Of a DNA stretch of 64,000 nt, positions 46,970 through 57,097 are shown piece after piece (within the stretch, counting starts at the first letter, position 1; each line of letters begins with the position of its first letter). Position numbers and translations under genes: made by a program. The DNA lies in the IMG/VR virus record IMGVR_UViG_3300022843_000013, positions 13,761-77,760 of that record; one strand, written 5' to 3'. This DNA comes from a virus. The notes under the pieces are model-generated. The model was not told where the DNA came from. It made no database searches and saw nothing but the letters and a program-made list of their open reading frames with translations.

Positions 46970-48411
46970 ACCGCCGAGCGTTTTGCGACCACTTCAAATC
47001 TTTGATACCTGAAGTTCCGGGTTAGCTCTACGTAATCTCCTTCGCCCTTGCGAGCTTTGCACACGCAGAAGAACTGCTTGTCAGGAGTCATCTTCTTCGG
47101 CATGTCAGCGGTCCCGGCTAGCGCTGCTTTTACGCCTTCTTTGTCGAGCGTGTTGGTCAGTCCTATAACGGCGACCATGTTCTTTCCGATGCCCTTTGAT
47201 ATTCCGATGTCGCTAATACCCAGCGTAGACTTTAGCTGTGCGTCGTTAACGGCCTGCGCCAATACCAGAACGGGTATCCCGGTGTTGTAGGCGAACTGCA
47301 CGCACCCGTTGGCGCTAATTTCCCAAGCCATAGCCCTTTCTGACGTTCCTCCCTGTCCGCCGAGGTCGGCGACAGATCCTAGCCAGTCGAGGCACAGCCA
47401 CGTCGGAAGTTTTCCGATTTGATTTTCATATCGGAGAGCTTCACGCTCCATTACGGATCGGGCCGACATACCGTCGTCTGCGTTTATTTTCTTGATGCGT
47501 ATGCGATCCTTTACTATCTGAAGTATCCTGTCGACTTCCTTGAGTCGGAACATGGATTTAGGAGATGAGGCTACCGCGGCGCGTATCTGCGCGAAGTTCT
47601 CGCAGTCTTGTATGACGTCAATCGACACCGACGCACCAGCTGAAACGATCCTCACGACGTATTCGCGCGGACTGAGCTCCGTTGACAGTATGAGAGGGTA
47701 ACCTCCTGAGATCGCCTCGTGGAGGGCGCACTGACCCGCCGCAATAGACTTGCCGCCGCCTGTGCCGCTGAATAGTAGGTAGCACTCTTGGGGGCCCCAC
47801 CCGCCGTTAAGGCAGGAGTCTAATCCAATGATCCCGGTTGGTCGCCTTTGCACGACCGTCATGTCTTCGCTCTCTATGACCATCAGCATCTCGTCCTCTT
47901 CGTCTGTGGACGCGGCCTGCGCGGCGTTTGCTAGGTCGGACTGCATCTGACCAAGCTCTAGCGCTACGTCCGGAACGTCTGCCGCTTGTATTCGCCTAGC
48001 GGATCTCTTGGCTCGGACGCCGCCATACCAGGCCTCGAAGTAGGGGCTTATGGTGTAATGCTCTTCCTTAAAGGACGGGTTTTGTAGCGACGCGACGACG
48101 GACATGGCGGCCCTTATTGATTCCTCCTCTGCTCCTTCTTGGTTTGCTGCCGTCTCTACGTAAGTGCGCAGCCACTCCGCCGTCGGAGGGGCCGGGACTA
48201 CCCCGCCGATGACTTGCATCACTTTTACAGCTTTGATCATACCTCCCATCACGAGACCAAACTCCTCCTTTCGGAAGTCCTCCGGTATCAGGGGCGCGGA
48301 CATTAGAGACGCCCGCCGCAGCGGGTCGTGCAGTATGGCGTGGAGTAGGTAGAACTCGTAGGAATCCCGGTTGTCTGACAACCATTGTGACATTTCTGGA
48401 TTAAAAGGCAT
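46966..48411 (-). CDS. DnaB-like replicative helicase
   Basis: PTGIIGLDSCLNGG, SGTGGGKS, LSTE, LDWL, LVLAQ, KARKG. Confidence 0.85.
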   Translation of the reverse strand: MPFNPEMSQWLSDNRDSYEFYLLHAILHDPLRRASLMSAPLIPEDFRKEEFGLVMGGMIKAVKVMQVIGGVVPAPPTAEWLRTYVETAANQEGAEEESIRAAMSVVASLQNPSFKEEHYTISPYFEAWYGGVRAKRSARRIQAADVPDVALELGQMQSDLANAAQAASTDEEDEMLMVIESEDMTVVQRRPTGIIGLDSCLNGGWGPQECYLLFSGTGGGKSIAAGQCALHEAISGGYPLILSTELSPREYVVRIVSAGASVSIDVIQDCENFAQIRAAVASSPKSMFRLKEVDRILQIVKDRIRIKKINADDGMSARSVMEREALRYENQIGKLPTWLCLDWLGSVADLGGQGGTSERAMAWEISANGCVQFAYNTGIPVLVLAQAVNDAQLKSTLGISDIGISKGIGKNMVAVIGLTNTLDKEGVKAALAGTADMPKKMTPDKQFFCVCKARKGEGDYVELTRNFRYQRFEVVAKRSAV

Positions 48412-49012
48412 GTTTTCTGTCGTTGAATATTTTAGCGGCGCGCTGGTAGGTAATGTTCCGCATCTCCATCCACAAGGTCAGGAGCCGGCTCTTCTCCATG
48501 TTTTCTAAAAGTTGAGGTGACAGCTGCACGACAACTCGAAAATCAAGCCGATTAAGGCCTAGGAGGTATCTGTGCTCCACGGGAAAACTGGAAGCAAAGA
48601 CAAGGTCTAAACCTGAGTCAACGTTTTGAATGAGGAAATCTTTGTAGGACGCGTCCATGTCATCGAACATGAAGCTTTTGTCCCGGCGATCCAAGATAGA
48701 CTCGTAGGGAACTCCGAGGCGGTAGCCCAGGGCTTTCGTGAGATACGGCACGGAGTAGAGCATGTTCACGAGAGGACCGTCGGCGTGTCCGTTTTTGCGG
48801 GCGTAAGCAAACACGGACTCCATTATCAAAGATCCGTCTATGTCCCAGTCCTCTATGATCTTCGCCATTTTCACCATCCGGGGAGTCAGTGAACTCATTA
48901 GTCGGTCTTGGTCCAGATTGCGACGCACCTTGTGCCGCTCCATAATAAGAACCTTCTGATGCACGAAATGTCGCGCCAAGTTGACGGCCTCAGCTTCTGT
49001 TCTTTTTTCCAT
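48401..49012 (-). CDS. hypothetical protein (start MEKRTE)
   Basis: ORF 48401..49069. Confidence 0.65.
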   Translation of the reverse strand: MEKRTEAEAVNLARHFVHQKVLIMERHKVRRNLDQDRLMSSLTPRMVKMAKIIEDWDIDGSLIMESVFAYARKNGHADGPLVNMLYSVPYLTKALGYRLGVPYESILDRRDKSFMFDDMDASYKDFLIQNVDSGLDLVFASSFPVEHRYLLGLNRLDFRVVVQLSPQLLENMEKSRLLTLWMEMRNITYQRAAKIFNDRKHAF

Positions 49013-49373
49013 TTCGGTGTGCGTGTGTAGAGATAGCTCTCCGGAAGTCGCTATCTGAAAATCCCGCAAGGCGGTAAGCCCGGCGGTACTCGCGCCATAG
49101 ACTGGTCGAGTGTTTTACAGATTTAATCCGGGCGTCTCTCCAAGACTCCATGGACATTTCGTTAATTTTATCTAGCCCCAGGGACTTATCAAACTCGTCG
49201 GTGGCTACGTGGTATGCGAGCGCCAGAGCCTTGACTACCGCTAGGTTGTCAGAAAACGCCCCCGTAAACTCACACCGCCACTCAACGAAGCATTCTTGTT
49301 CGGAGTCGGAAAACGAGAATTGATTTTCGCCCCACATGTCTCCGCCGTCTGATTCTTTGTTCTTATTGCTCAT
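48990..49373 (-). CDS. hypothetical protein
   Basis: 127-aa ORF. Confidence 0.6.
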   Translation of the reverse strand: MSNKNKESDGGDMWGENQFSFSDSEQECFVEWRCEFTGAFSDNLAVVKALALAYHVATDEFDKSLGLDKINEMSMESWRDARIKSVKHSTSLWREYRRAYRLAGFSDSDFRRAISTHAHRNGKKNRS

Positions 49374-49375
49374 AA

Positions 49376-50884
49376 TTATTTACCCTCCGCGTAAGCCCCC
49401 ATTACAATGTCGCGCGCCTCTGCGGCGTTCTCGACCATGATGACGTCGTAACCTATGTTCTCATACGCCTTTATTCGGGCCTCGCACTCTCCGCACACCC
49501 CTTTGTAGGGCGGCCAAGACCTGTTGTCTGTGTGCTCATCCCGGCAAACCAGCATGAAGTCAAACATCACGCCGTAGTTCTTGTGGGGTCGCGTCTGTAG
49601 TAACCGACCAGGCTTTTGGATAGCCGTGGTGTTCGCTCCCCCTCCCGCTAGATTTAGGACAACCCTCAGATCCGGAAAGGTTACGCCTTGGACGTAAATG
49701 TTCGACGCCAGGACGCGCTTTGTTTCACCGGAGGCGATGCCCGCGGTTATAGCCTTGCGGTCCGCCACCTTTGGCATCCGCTTCGCCATAGCGATCGTGC
49801 CGTTCACCGGCATAGCGTGCTCCATGTAATATTCGGCCTGCTTCTCGTCTTGGATGAACGCCATTGTTTGCCAGTCCAGGGGGATAACCTCGTGGATTAT
49901 CTTTCGGACTAGCGCCGCGGCTCTAGAAGACCGGGTCAGTAACCGCTGGTATACGATGTTACGCTCGAGCTTAGGACCCGGGACGGTATCTTTAGAGAAC
50001 GGTATCTTGATGATGATAACTTTGAGGGGAGCTATCGCGCGCTTGTCCACCGCTTCTCTGTAGGTGATGTTGGCTATGACCGGACCGATGACGCCCTCAA
50101 TGAGCCTGTCCTTCTTGTCGAATCTCCCGGTGAGTGTGGCCCCGAACCCGTATTTACGAGTTCGGTTAAACTTGGCTAGCCGCGGTAGGCGAGTTTCGGA
50201 AACTGAGGCGTGCGGCTCGTCAATTATCAGGATGTCAGTGTCGTCGTGGTCCATTTTGTCGAGAGAGTCCATGGAGCATATCGTGATTTCGGGGGACTGC
50301 GTGTGATTACGAGACCCTGAGTAGACCCCCTTTACGTCCCTGTGAGGTAGGGTATCTTTGAAGTGGTCGTAAAGCTGTGAGCATAGATCCACTCCCGGCG
50401 CCGTCACCACAATCCTAGCGTCGGGCCAAGCGCGGCATATGGCGGTCATGCCGTAAGATTTACCTACGCGTGTCGGTCCGCCTATTAACCCTGAGTCTCC
50501 TCGCATTAGGGCCTGCATTATCCAGGGCTTCTGAATAGGCCTAAGGCCGACCATGGCGGCCCGTAGGTTCGGCATCGGTAATATCGCGATCCTGGCGTCT
50601 CGAAGATCGAACCGGTGACCCTTGGATATCATCTCCTCCCTTAGTTTATACCAGAACCCTTGGTAGGTTATAAGTCCGGTCTTCCCCTCTACTGTCGTCG
50701 CGCCGAACATCGGCGTCTTTCTATTTTCGAACGTTGTTTTACCCTTCTCTTTTACCATCTCTCGATGGTGAAGCGTGAGAAACTCACGCAAGTCGGGATG
50801 GTCGGGTATGATGGTCATCGTCCCCTCGTCCCTAGCGGCTTTAAAATTCATAATTAGTTTTTCATGTGATTGGTTTGTGCGCAC
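49376..50884 (-). CDS. SF2 (UvsW/XPB-like) helicase
   Basis: LRPIQ, PTRVGKS, IIDEPH, FGAT, QGVTFP, IQKPGR. Confidence 0.85.
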   Translation of the reverse strand: MRTNQSHEKLIMNFKAARDEGTMTIIPDHPDLREFLTLHHREMVKEKGKTTFENRKTPMFGATTVEGKTGLITYQGFWYKLREEMISKGHRFDLRDARIAILPMPNLRAAMVGLRPIQKPWIMQALMRGDSGLIGGPTRVGKSYGMTAICRAWPDARIVVTAPGVDLCSQLYDHFKDTLPHRDVKGVYSGSRNHTQSPEITICSMDSLDKMDHDDTDILIIDEPHASVSETRLPRLAKFNRTRKYGFGATLTGRFDKKDRLIEGVIGPVIANITYREAVDKRAIAPLKVIIIKIPFSKDTVPGPKLERNIVYQRLLTRSSRAAALVRKIIHEVIPLDWQTMAFIQDEKQAEYYMEHAMPVNGTIAMAKRMPKVADRKAITAGIASGETKRVLASNIYVQGVTFPDLRVVLNLAGGGANTTAIQKPGRLLQTRPHKNYGVMFDFMLVCRDEHTDNRSWPPYKGVCGECEARIKAYENIGYDVIMVENAAEARDIVMGAYAEGK

Positions 50885-50921
50885 CCGGAAGCTGGGGGTC
50901 GGACCCAGCTTCCGGGTGGCT

Positions 50922-51473
50922 CTATATCTTAGGCGCGGCCTTGTTTTCGTCGAGATCGTAAGATTCGTTTTTTATTTCGAACCTCCCGTATAAAAACTTA
51001 CCTCCCCACTCAGACATGCCGAGGCATTCCCCGATGTGACTAAGCATCTCGTCAAACTCTTCTTCGTCCGGCGCTCTCGTAAACCTTCCCATCCCGTCAC
51101 CCCCTGGGGGAATGTGTTGGGACAGCGTGAACATCATCGAGAACACCTGCCCCGACGGTAGGGACTCGAATTTGTCGATCATCTGATGTCCTCGATCTTT
51201 GTATCGACGGTTGTAGGAAGAAGTCTTAGAGACCGAGAAGTAGTGAAGAGGCTGTATGGCGGACGTGGCTACGTCGGCGTATCCGCATGCGTCTCTAGCT
51301 TCCAGGAAAGCCCACTCCCACCTATGGAGAGGGGAGCGTATGTGGATTTTTCCGTCGTCAGCCCCCCGGGGTCCCTTCTCGCGTAAGAAGACCCTCTTCG
51401 GGTTGCTCCTGTCATTATTCCTGCGCTCGGCAAGCAGTGGGGACAGCAACTTTAGCCTTCTCTCGATTAACAT
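50922..51473 (-). CDS. hypothetical protein with RAMP/Cas7-like sequence pattern
   Basis: N-terminal RLKLLSPLL and C-terminal Gly-rich HIGECLGMSEWGGKFLYGRFEI. Confidence 0.5.
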   Translation of the reverse strand: MLIERRLKLLSPLLAERRNNDRSNPKRVFLREKGPRGADDGKIHIRSPLHRWEWAFLEARDACGYADVATSAIQPLHYFSVSKTSSYNRRYKDRGHQMIDKFESLPSGQVFSMMFTLSQHIPPGGDGMGRFTRAPDEEEFDEMLSHIGECLGMSEWGGKFLYGRFEIKNESYDLDENKAAPKI

Positions 51474-51575
51474 GACGCATCCTTGTGCGGGTCGGTATTT
51501 TTAACAAGAGGCAATACGTGCTAGTTAAAACACTCAACCAGCGGGCCCTGGCTAGGGCCCGCTGGTGCGAGATGC

Positions 51576-54068
51576 CTATTCTTGAATTTTTATTTCGTCC
51601 CCGAAGGCGTCTACGAGTTCGGGTGCGTGGTCGCACACAATAATCTGAAGCGTTCCTTCCTCGCCTATCGTTCTGAGCATGTCCGCCATGGACTTTTTAG
51701 ATTCCTCGTCCAAGTGCGTAGTAGGCTCGTCCAACGCCAGCAGGCCTACGTTCGGCATAACCATAGCGTGGATGGCCCTGAGTGTGGCGACGGCGAGTCT
51801 AACCTTCTGGCCCCCGGACATGCGGTTTTGCGGCAACCATACCTCGTCCGGACGGTCTGTCCGAATAAAGTCGTAAGCCATCGCTATGTCGGTCGACGGG
51901 GACACCATGAAGTCAGCTCGTGACGCAGCCAGATATCCTGACGCTAGTTGCGCGATCTGTCCAAACTTGTAGTCGATATAGTCAAGTGACGCGCCCTGCG
52001 GCTTGAATGTGTCTCGCAAGCGTCCCAGGTCGTCAGCTAGAATGCTCCGTCCCTTCTGCTCCTCAATGCGCAGGTCCATCTCGGATACCTTGGCGTCCGC
52101 GTCCTTTACGGCCTTATATGCCGCATCTTTTCGACCCACGGAGGCGTCGTATTCTCTTTGCTGATTTTCTTGATCAGCGACGGCTATGTCGGTGTCGGCC
52201 ATCGTAATCACGTCGACATCTTGGCCAAACCAAGATCTATCTGTCATTCCAATCTGATTGTCTTGCGCGCTCTCGATGGTGCTAAGTCGATCGTTGGCGC
52301 TCTTGAGGTCGGCTGCGGCGTGCCCAAGCCTGTCGATGTCTCTCTCGTAGCTTACCGCGAGGACGGAGGCCTCCGTCATCTTGGACTCGTCGCTGGAGCA
52401 CCAGACTGAGGCGTTAAGGAGATCCTGCGCGTCTGCGAGCTCCCCCTTAAGATCGGATATCTCGCCGTCGGCTGGTCTCGAAAAGCCTCTAACTTTGTCG
52501 GTGCAGCCCAGCAGGACCTGACGCAACCGGGAGTCCTCGTATTGACGGGCGCTCCACTTTTGTTTTGCGGCCAAGAGGGACTCCAGCTTAGACACGCCGG
52601 TGGCCTTGTCGAACATCAAGAGAAGCTTCCGCAGCTGTTTGAGGTCTTCGTCAATACGTAACAAATCTCGGGTAGATTCTTTCCACCGCGCCGACGATTC
52701 TACCAAGGCTGCGCTGGCCGAACGGAATTTATCACCAGCGAGTCCGCCCTCGTTATTGAGGGCGGCCGCAGACTCCTTTAGATTTTCAATCTCGGTCGTC
52801 AAGTAATCCACGCTTGCGTTGTCCGACCCGCACGCCGGGCAGCAAGAGAAAGTCTTTCCGCTCAGTTCTCCCTTTATCTTGGACATCATAGCGAGCTTAG
52901 AGTCGACTCGTGAGTAGTCGGATCTAAAGCCCTGATACGACACCTCCAACTCCGCAACTTCCGGGGTGAGCTTGTCTACATTTTCTTTAGCTTCGTCCAG
53001 GGACTTCACGGCCTCCGCCCTGCTTAGCATAAGCGACGACTTACGTTCAAGCCCAGCCAGCTTAGCGCTAATGGAATCAATCTCCGGTCCCGGGTCTTCC
53101 GTCTCCTCCTGAATTTCCCGCACGGCCTGCTCGGCCTTGTCCAGCTCGTCGTAAACGGCGGACGCTTTCTCGTGTCTGAGTATGGAGTTCTGAGCGTCGC
53201 TGTGCTTCTGTCTGGCTTCACGAGCGCGGTCTCGAAGTTCGGAAAGTCTAGACACGTCGATCCTAGTAACCTCCAGCTTGGACTGAAGGTCCGATACCCG
53301 CTCCCCTGGTCGCAAATTTGCAATGACTTGCTCAGCTTTCTCGGCATCTCTTTCGGCGGACGCCTGATCGACAAACAAAGAAGATAGTTTGCGCAAGATA
53401 ATCAGTTCGGCCTCTCTTCGGCTCTTACCTAGAAGTTCACGCTCGCACTCTTCGAAGTAGGAGACGGCCTCCTCGTAGGTTAATCTTGCCGCGTCCTTAG
53501 CCGGGCCCAGTTCCTGAATAGTCCCTGAAATCTGTTTGCGGTGGTTCTCTACGACGTCACCGATCTTTTCCAGATGTCCCAGCATAAGAAGCCTAGTATA
53601 GAAATCCCGACGATCGGTGTCCTTACCAAACATTGACGCCATCTCGCCCTGTCGTATAAACACCGTGGAATTGATGGCCCGCTTGTCAACGCCCAGAATA
53701 TTAAACAAGGCCTCCTGGACGCCCTTGTCGGAAGTAATCTCTTTGTCTAAGCCCAGCCCGGACAGGGTGCGCGCGCTGGACGTTGCGGTGATCTTGCGGT
53801 AGATCTTACCGGGCTTACCGTCAGCGACAAAGTCTAGTGTGACTTCGGCGCGCTTAGGGGGCTCCTCCTCCCCAGACCTCCGGACGAATGCCTTGAGAGG
53901 GTCAGGGTGGTCGATGGTGCCGGTGAGTGCGAATTGTATCGCCTGCAGGACTGTCGACTTGCCAGACCCGTTAGGTCCGGTGAGTCCGATGACGTTGCTG
54001 TCGAATTCGCTTTGGATGCTTCGGTGGCGTCCGAAGTCTTTGATTTTGATGCCTGTAATTTTAATCAT
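51576..54068 (-). CDS. SbcC/Rad50-like ATPase
   Basis: GPNGSGKST, Q-loop IRQGE, coiled coil with CPAC zinc hook, MSGGQ, LALDEPT, H-loop. Confidence 0.93.
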   Translation of the reverse strand: MIKITGIKIKDFGRHRSIQSEFDSNVIGLTGPNGSGKSTVLQAIQFALTGTIDHPDPLKAFVRRSGEEEPPKRAEVTLDFVADGKPGKIYRKITATSSARTLSGLGLDKEITSDKGVQEALFNILGVDKRAINSTVFIRQGEMASMFGKDTDRRDFYTRLLMLGHLEKIGDVVENHRKQISGTIQELGPAKDAARLTYEEAVSYFEECERELLGKSRREAELIILRKLSSLFVDQASAERDAEKAEQVIANLRPGERVSDLQSKLEVTRIDVSRLSELRDRAREARQKHSDAQNSILRHEKASAVYDELDKAEQAVREIQEETEDPGPEIDSISAKLAGLERKSSLMLSRAEAVKSLDEAKENVDKLTPEVAELEVSYQGFRSDYSRVDSKLAMMSKIKGELSGKTFSCCPACGSDNASVDYLTTEIENLKESAAALNNEGGLAGDKFRSASAALVESSARWKESTRDLLRIDEDLKQLRKLLLMFDKATGVSKLESLLAAKQKWSARQYEDSRLRQVLLGCTDKVRGFSRPADGEISDLKGELADAQDLLNASVWCSSDESKMTEASVLAVSYERDIDRLGHAAADLKSANDRLSTIESAQDNQIGMTDRSWFGQDVDVITMADTDIAVADQENQQREYDASVGRKDAAYKAVKDADAKVSEMDLRIEEQKGRSILADDLGRLRDTFKPQGASLDYIDYKFGQIAQLASGYLAASRADFMVSPSTDIAMAYDFIRTDRPDEVWLPQNRMSGGQKVRLAVATLRAIHAMVMPNVGLLALDEPTTHLDEESKKSMADMLRTIGEEGTLQIIVCDHAPELVDAFGDEIKIQE

Positions 54069-54100
54069 GGTTTTTAGAAAGCGCAGAGCGCTGTATTTGT

Positions 54101-55276
54101 TTAGGTGAGAGTGCGGACTTCGGCGATGAGTGCGAGCCTGCGCTCTACAAACTCGGACACGACATTGTTGCCATCGCGGTCTCCGCGGTTGAATAGGTCG
54201 AGCGCCGTGTCCTGTAGATCAGCGTCGATGTCGGCCTCGAAGCGCTTGCATACAAAATGCTCAACACCAAGATCCTCCCCGTCGATTTTATCAGCTCGGA
54301 GCGTGTGGACTTTGACATCCGCAAGTGGGAAGCATTTGATGACGCACCGATGCGCATCGAGGATGGAGTAAACACGGTTTGTGGTCCCAGGAACTTCGCG
54401 GCTGAACTCTATGTAAGCCAGGGGATACTCATCCTTGCGAGACTCGAGCTTCTCCGTCAGGGCATCGAGGTCGTCCTCCGTCTTTACGATCGCCTTGATA
54501 AACGACCTAGTCGTCAGCGGTATATTGTTATCCAGAGTCATATGCTCGGAGCTGAGACAATACACCGGTAGGGATTTATCTTGAGGCTCGTTGGAGCTGC
54601 ACATCTCCAGAGATCCCGGGTAGGCGACTGTCGTCAACCCGCCCCCGGGGCGATCTATCTGAACTGCTCCCTGAACGTGAATATCCCCGAGCAACCAGGC
54701 CTTGTTCTTTTTTGAGATCGGGAACTCGTCGACTCGTAGTGGGTCAGACTTACCAGCGTAAAACGGCACAACACCATCAACGAAACCGTGATAGAGAACG
54801 ACGTCCGCCCCTCGGGCGCTTGCTTCGATCTCCGCTATGTTGTGCCGGAACTTGCCAGCGTTGTAGGCGGGAATACCGACGAAAGTGAAACCTTCGTATA
54901 CTTCGGAACGATCGTCCATCGGTATAATTCCGTCGCTATTTTCCGTGCTGCGGTCTGGGAATAGGGTAGCCAGCCACGTAGGAGTGGAGTAATCGTGGTT
55001 ACCGGTTATCGCTAGCATCTTCTTTCCTAGCTTTCGTAGTAGGGAGTCTGCGCGTATCAACTGCTTGATCATCTTGGCCGACGGCCTGGAGTTGTCGAAG
55101 TTGTCCCCGCATAATACGAAGATGTCGACTACCGGAGCTCCGGCTTTGATCGCACGCAAAAACGCAGTGAAGAAGTCTTCGCTGCGTTTTGGTGTTGCGT
55201 ATTGGGTGTCGCGCAAGTGCACGTCACCGATGTGTCCGATTAGAATTGAGCTTTTTGTGGTCTTTTGTTGTTCCAT
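54101..55276 (-). CDS. SbcD/Mre11-like nuclease
   Basis: HIGDVHL, GDNFD, GNHD, GDIH, YPGS. Confidence 0.92.
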   Translation of the reverse strand: MEQQKTTKSSILIGHIGDVHLRDTQYATPKRSEDFFTAFLRAIKAGAPVVDIFVLCGDNFDNSRPSAKMIKQLIRADSLLRKLGKKMLAITGNHDYSTPTWLATLFPDRSTENSDGIIPMDDRSEVYEGFTFVGIPAYNAGKFRHNIAEIEASARGADVVLYHGFVDGVVPFYAGKSDPLRVDEFPISKKNKAWLLGDIHVQGAVQIDRPGGGLTTVAYPGSLEMCSSNEPQDKSLPVYCLSSEHMTLDNNIPLTTRSFIKAIVKTEDDLDALTEKLESRKDEYPLAYIEFSREVPGTTNRVYSILDAHRCVIKCFPLADVKVHTLRADKIDGEDLGVEHFVCKRFEADIDADLQDTALDLFNRGDRDGNNVVSEFVERRLALIAEVRTLT

Positions 55277-55995
55277 GATTGTTGGTCTTTGAATTTGTGA
55301 GATACGGCGGCCATCTCGTCTTGGGCCGCCATGATTGTTTTGCGTGCGACTCCGCACACGGCGTCGCACACGGCTTGTCCCTCGACTGAGTTGCGAGGGA
55401 TCGACACTGGGGTGATGCATAAATGGCGAGCTATAGTGGAATAGCGCATCCATAGATCCACCTCAGAGTTTCTATTCATGAGGGGGTCTCCGTCTTCGTT
55501 GAACAGGATCGATTTGGCGATGTTAGCGCGGTCCGTGAACCATAATACGGAGACGCGCTCGTCATTTACGAGAGATCGAAGGACGCCACCAGCCTGGCTG
55601 GCCTCATACTTCTCGAGTTCGTCCATCTCTTCCTTTTTGATTTCGCATCGAATGCGAAGTATTTCGTGAAGGCCGTCGAGGAACGCGCGCATTTCTGAAC
55701 GAGCCACCGTAGACCCGTATGTCGCTCCGAATACGACGTCGTGGCTCAAGACTCCCCGGACGTCACTTTCCGATAGGGAGTCTGGAGGGAGACCCACACG
55801 TTCTATGACGGCGGCGTAGGCGCCCCACCCTTTAGTGCACCCACTGCCGTCGGTGTACATGATGAAGTCGTGCTCTTGCGGGGCGGGAGCGTTAAACATC
55901 AGGAACTCTTCAGCAGTCGTATCTCTTGGTATCGTCAGGTTGTCCCACCAAGATTTCTCCCGGGGCCACCTGTAACCTTTAGGATCGGTGATCAT
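55240..55995 (-). CDS. RNase H-like protein
   Basis: MYTDGSG..GWGAY, T...SEMRA, FTD, DLW, CDAVC. Confidence 0.75.
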   Translation of the reverse strand: MITDPKGYRWPREKSWWDNLTIPRDTTAEEFLMFNAPAPQEHDFIMYTDGSGCTKGWGAYAAVIERVGLPPDSLSESDVRGVLSHDVVFGATYGSTVARSEMRAFLDGLHEILRIRCEIKKEEMDELEKYEASQAGGVLRSLVNDERVSVLWFTDRANIAKSILFNEDGDPLMNRNSEVDLWMRYSTIARHLCITPVSIPRNSVEGQAVCDAVCGVARKTIMAAQDEMAAVSHKFKDQQSWNNKRPQKAQF

Positions 55996-56576
55996 TGGTT
56001 GTCTGACTCCTCCTCGTCTTCTTCGTATTGCTCAGACGAGTCTTCTCCGCTCTCCATAGCCTGAGCGTCAAGGTCTTCCTCGACATCGTCTTTTGTCTTA
56101 GCCTTGTCCGGTATCGTGTCGAACTGCATATCACCAAGTTCCTGACCTGACTGCGCCTCAGCTTCGCGCTGGAACTTGTAGGCTAGAGGGCCAGCGATTT
56201 TCTGAGCGATCTCGTCTTGGATGATGGTGGATGCGTTGCGCAGCTGGCCGTCCGTAAGCAGGCCGGGTAGCGATGCGCTTCCCGTTGTGCCGGCCATCTT
56301 GGTGCTCGCACCTTTCACGAGCCTTATGTCCCAAAATATTCTGACGTCTTTGCTGTCGGCGTCCACTACCGGCTCGTGGAACTCAGCCATGGGCGCCATC
56401 ATGGCCATCACCTTCTTGATGATGTCTTCATGCTCCTCGGTCTTAGCTGTTGAATCTTTCTTCGACGCTTTCTCTGTTTTCTGTTTCTGCGACAATGGCG
56501 TCGCGTTCTTCTGTGCTTTGTTTTTCATTGGTAATTTGTTTGATTTTTTCTCCTTGTTCTCGGGTCCACACGACAT
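55992..56576 (-). CDS. hypothetical protein with basic N-terminus and acidic C-terminus
   Basis: 194-aa ORF. Confidence 0.65.
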   Translation of the reverse strand: MSCGPENKEKKSNKLPMKNKAQKNATPLSQKQKTEKASKKDSTAKTEEHEDIIKKVMAMMAPMAEFHEPVVDADSKDVRIFWDIRLVKGASTKMAGTTGSASLPGLLTDGQLRNASTIIQDEIAQKIAGPLAYKFQREAEAQSGQELGDMQFDTIPDKAKTKDDVEEDLDAQAMESGEDSSEQYEEDEEESDNQ

Positions 56577-56647
56577 AGCCTGACGACCGCGCCTTGGAGA
56601 AACGATCCGCTTTCTCTTTTTCGACCTGCTTTGTAGATTTTGATGAC

Positions 56648-57097
56648 ATGGATGACTATTCTAATTCTTTCGTTTACGACCTTATCAGCGAGCTTCGTAG
56701 AGACCCAAGGCGAAGAGCCGCCGTAAGTAAAGCTCTGCGCAACCTTGACAGCGTAAACAAAGCGCTGCGGGAAGGCAAGGCTTCGCGGTCTGATCTGAGC
56801 AAGGCCCAGGCCGAGATAATCCCAGCGTCGGGGTTTAATTTTGGATTCCTGATGGGGTCTTATTTCAAAACTTACCCGGAAGACAAGCCCCTGAGTTTCG
56901 TGGACCGCCCGTTTATGTTCGCCATGACCTCTCTAGCGCCCAACAGCGTGGTAACACTGATGGCCGGACGTCAGGTCGGTAAGTGCGCACGCGGAGACAC
57001 TGAGGTTGATACGAACCGGGGGCGTATGTCTTTGCTGCATATATTCGAGTCAGGGGTCAGTCTTGACTATCCAGGGCCGACCTTAACACGTCAATGA
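56648..57097 (+). CDS. terminase large subunit N-terminal fragment plus short N-intein
   Basis: Walker A MAGRQVGK followed immediately by CARGDTEV (intein block A); stop 37 aa later. Confidence 0.82.
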   Translation: MDDYSNSFVYDLISELRRDPRRRAAVSKALRNLDSVNKALREGKASRSDLSKAQAEIIPASGFNFGFLMGSYFKTYPEDKPLSFVDRPFMFAMTSLAPNSVVTLMAGRQVGKCARGDTEVDTNRGRMSLLHIFESGVSLDYPGPTLTRQ

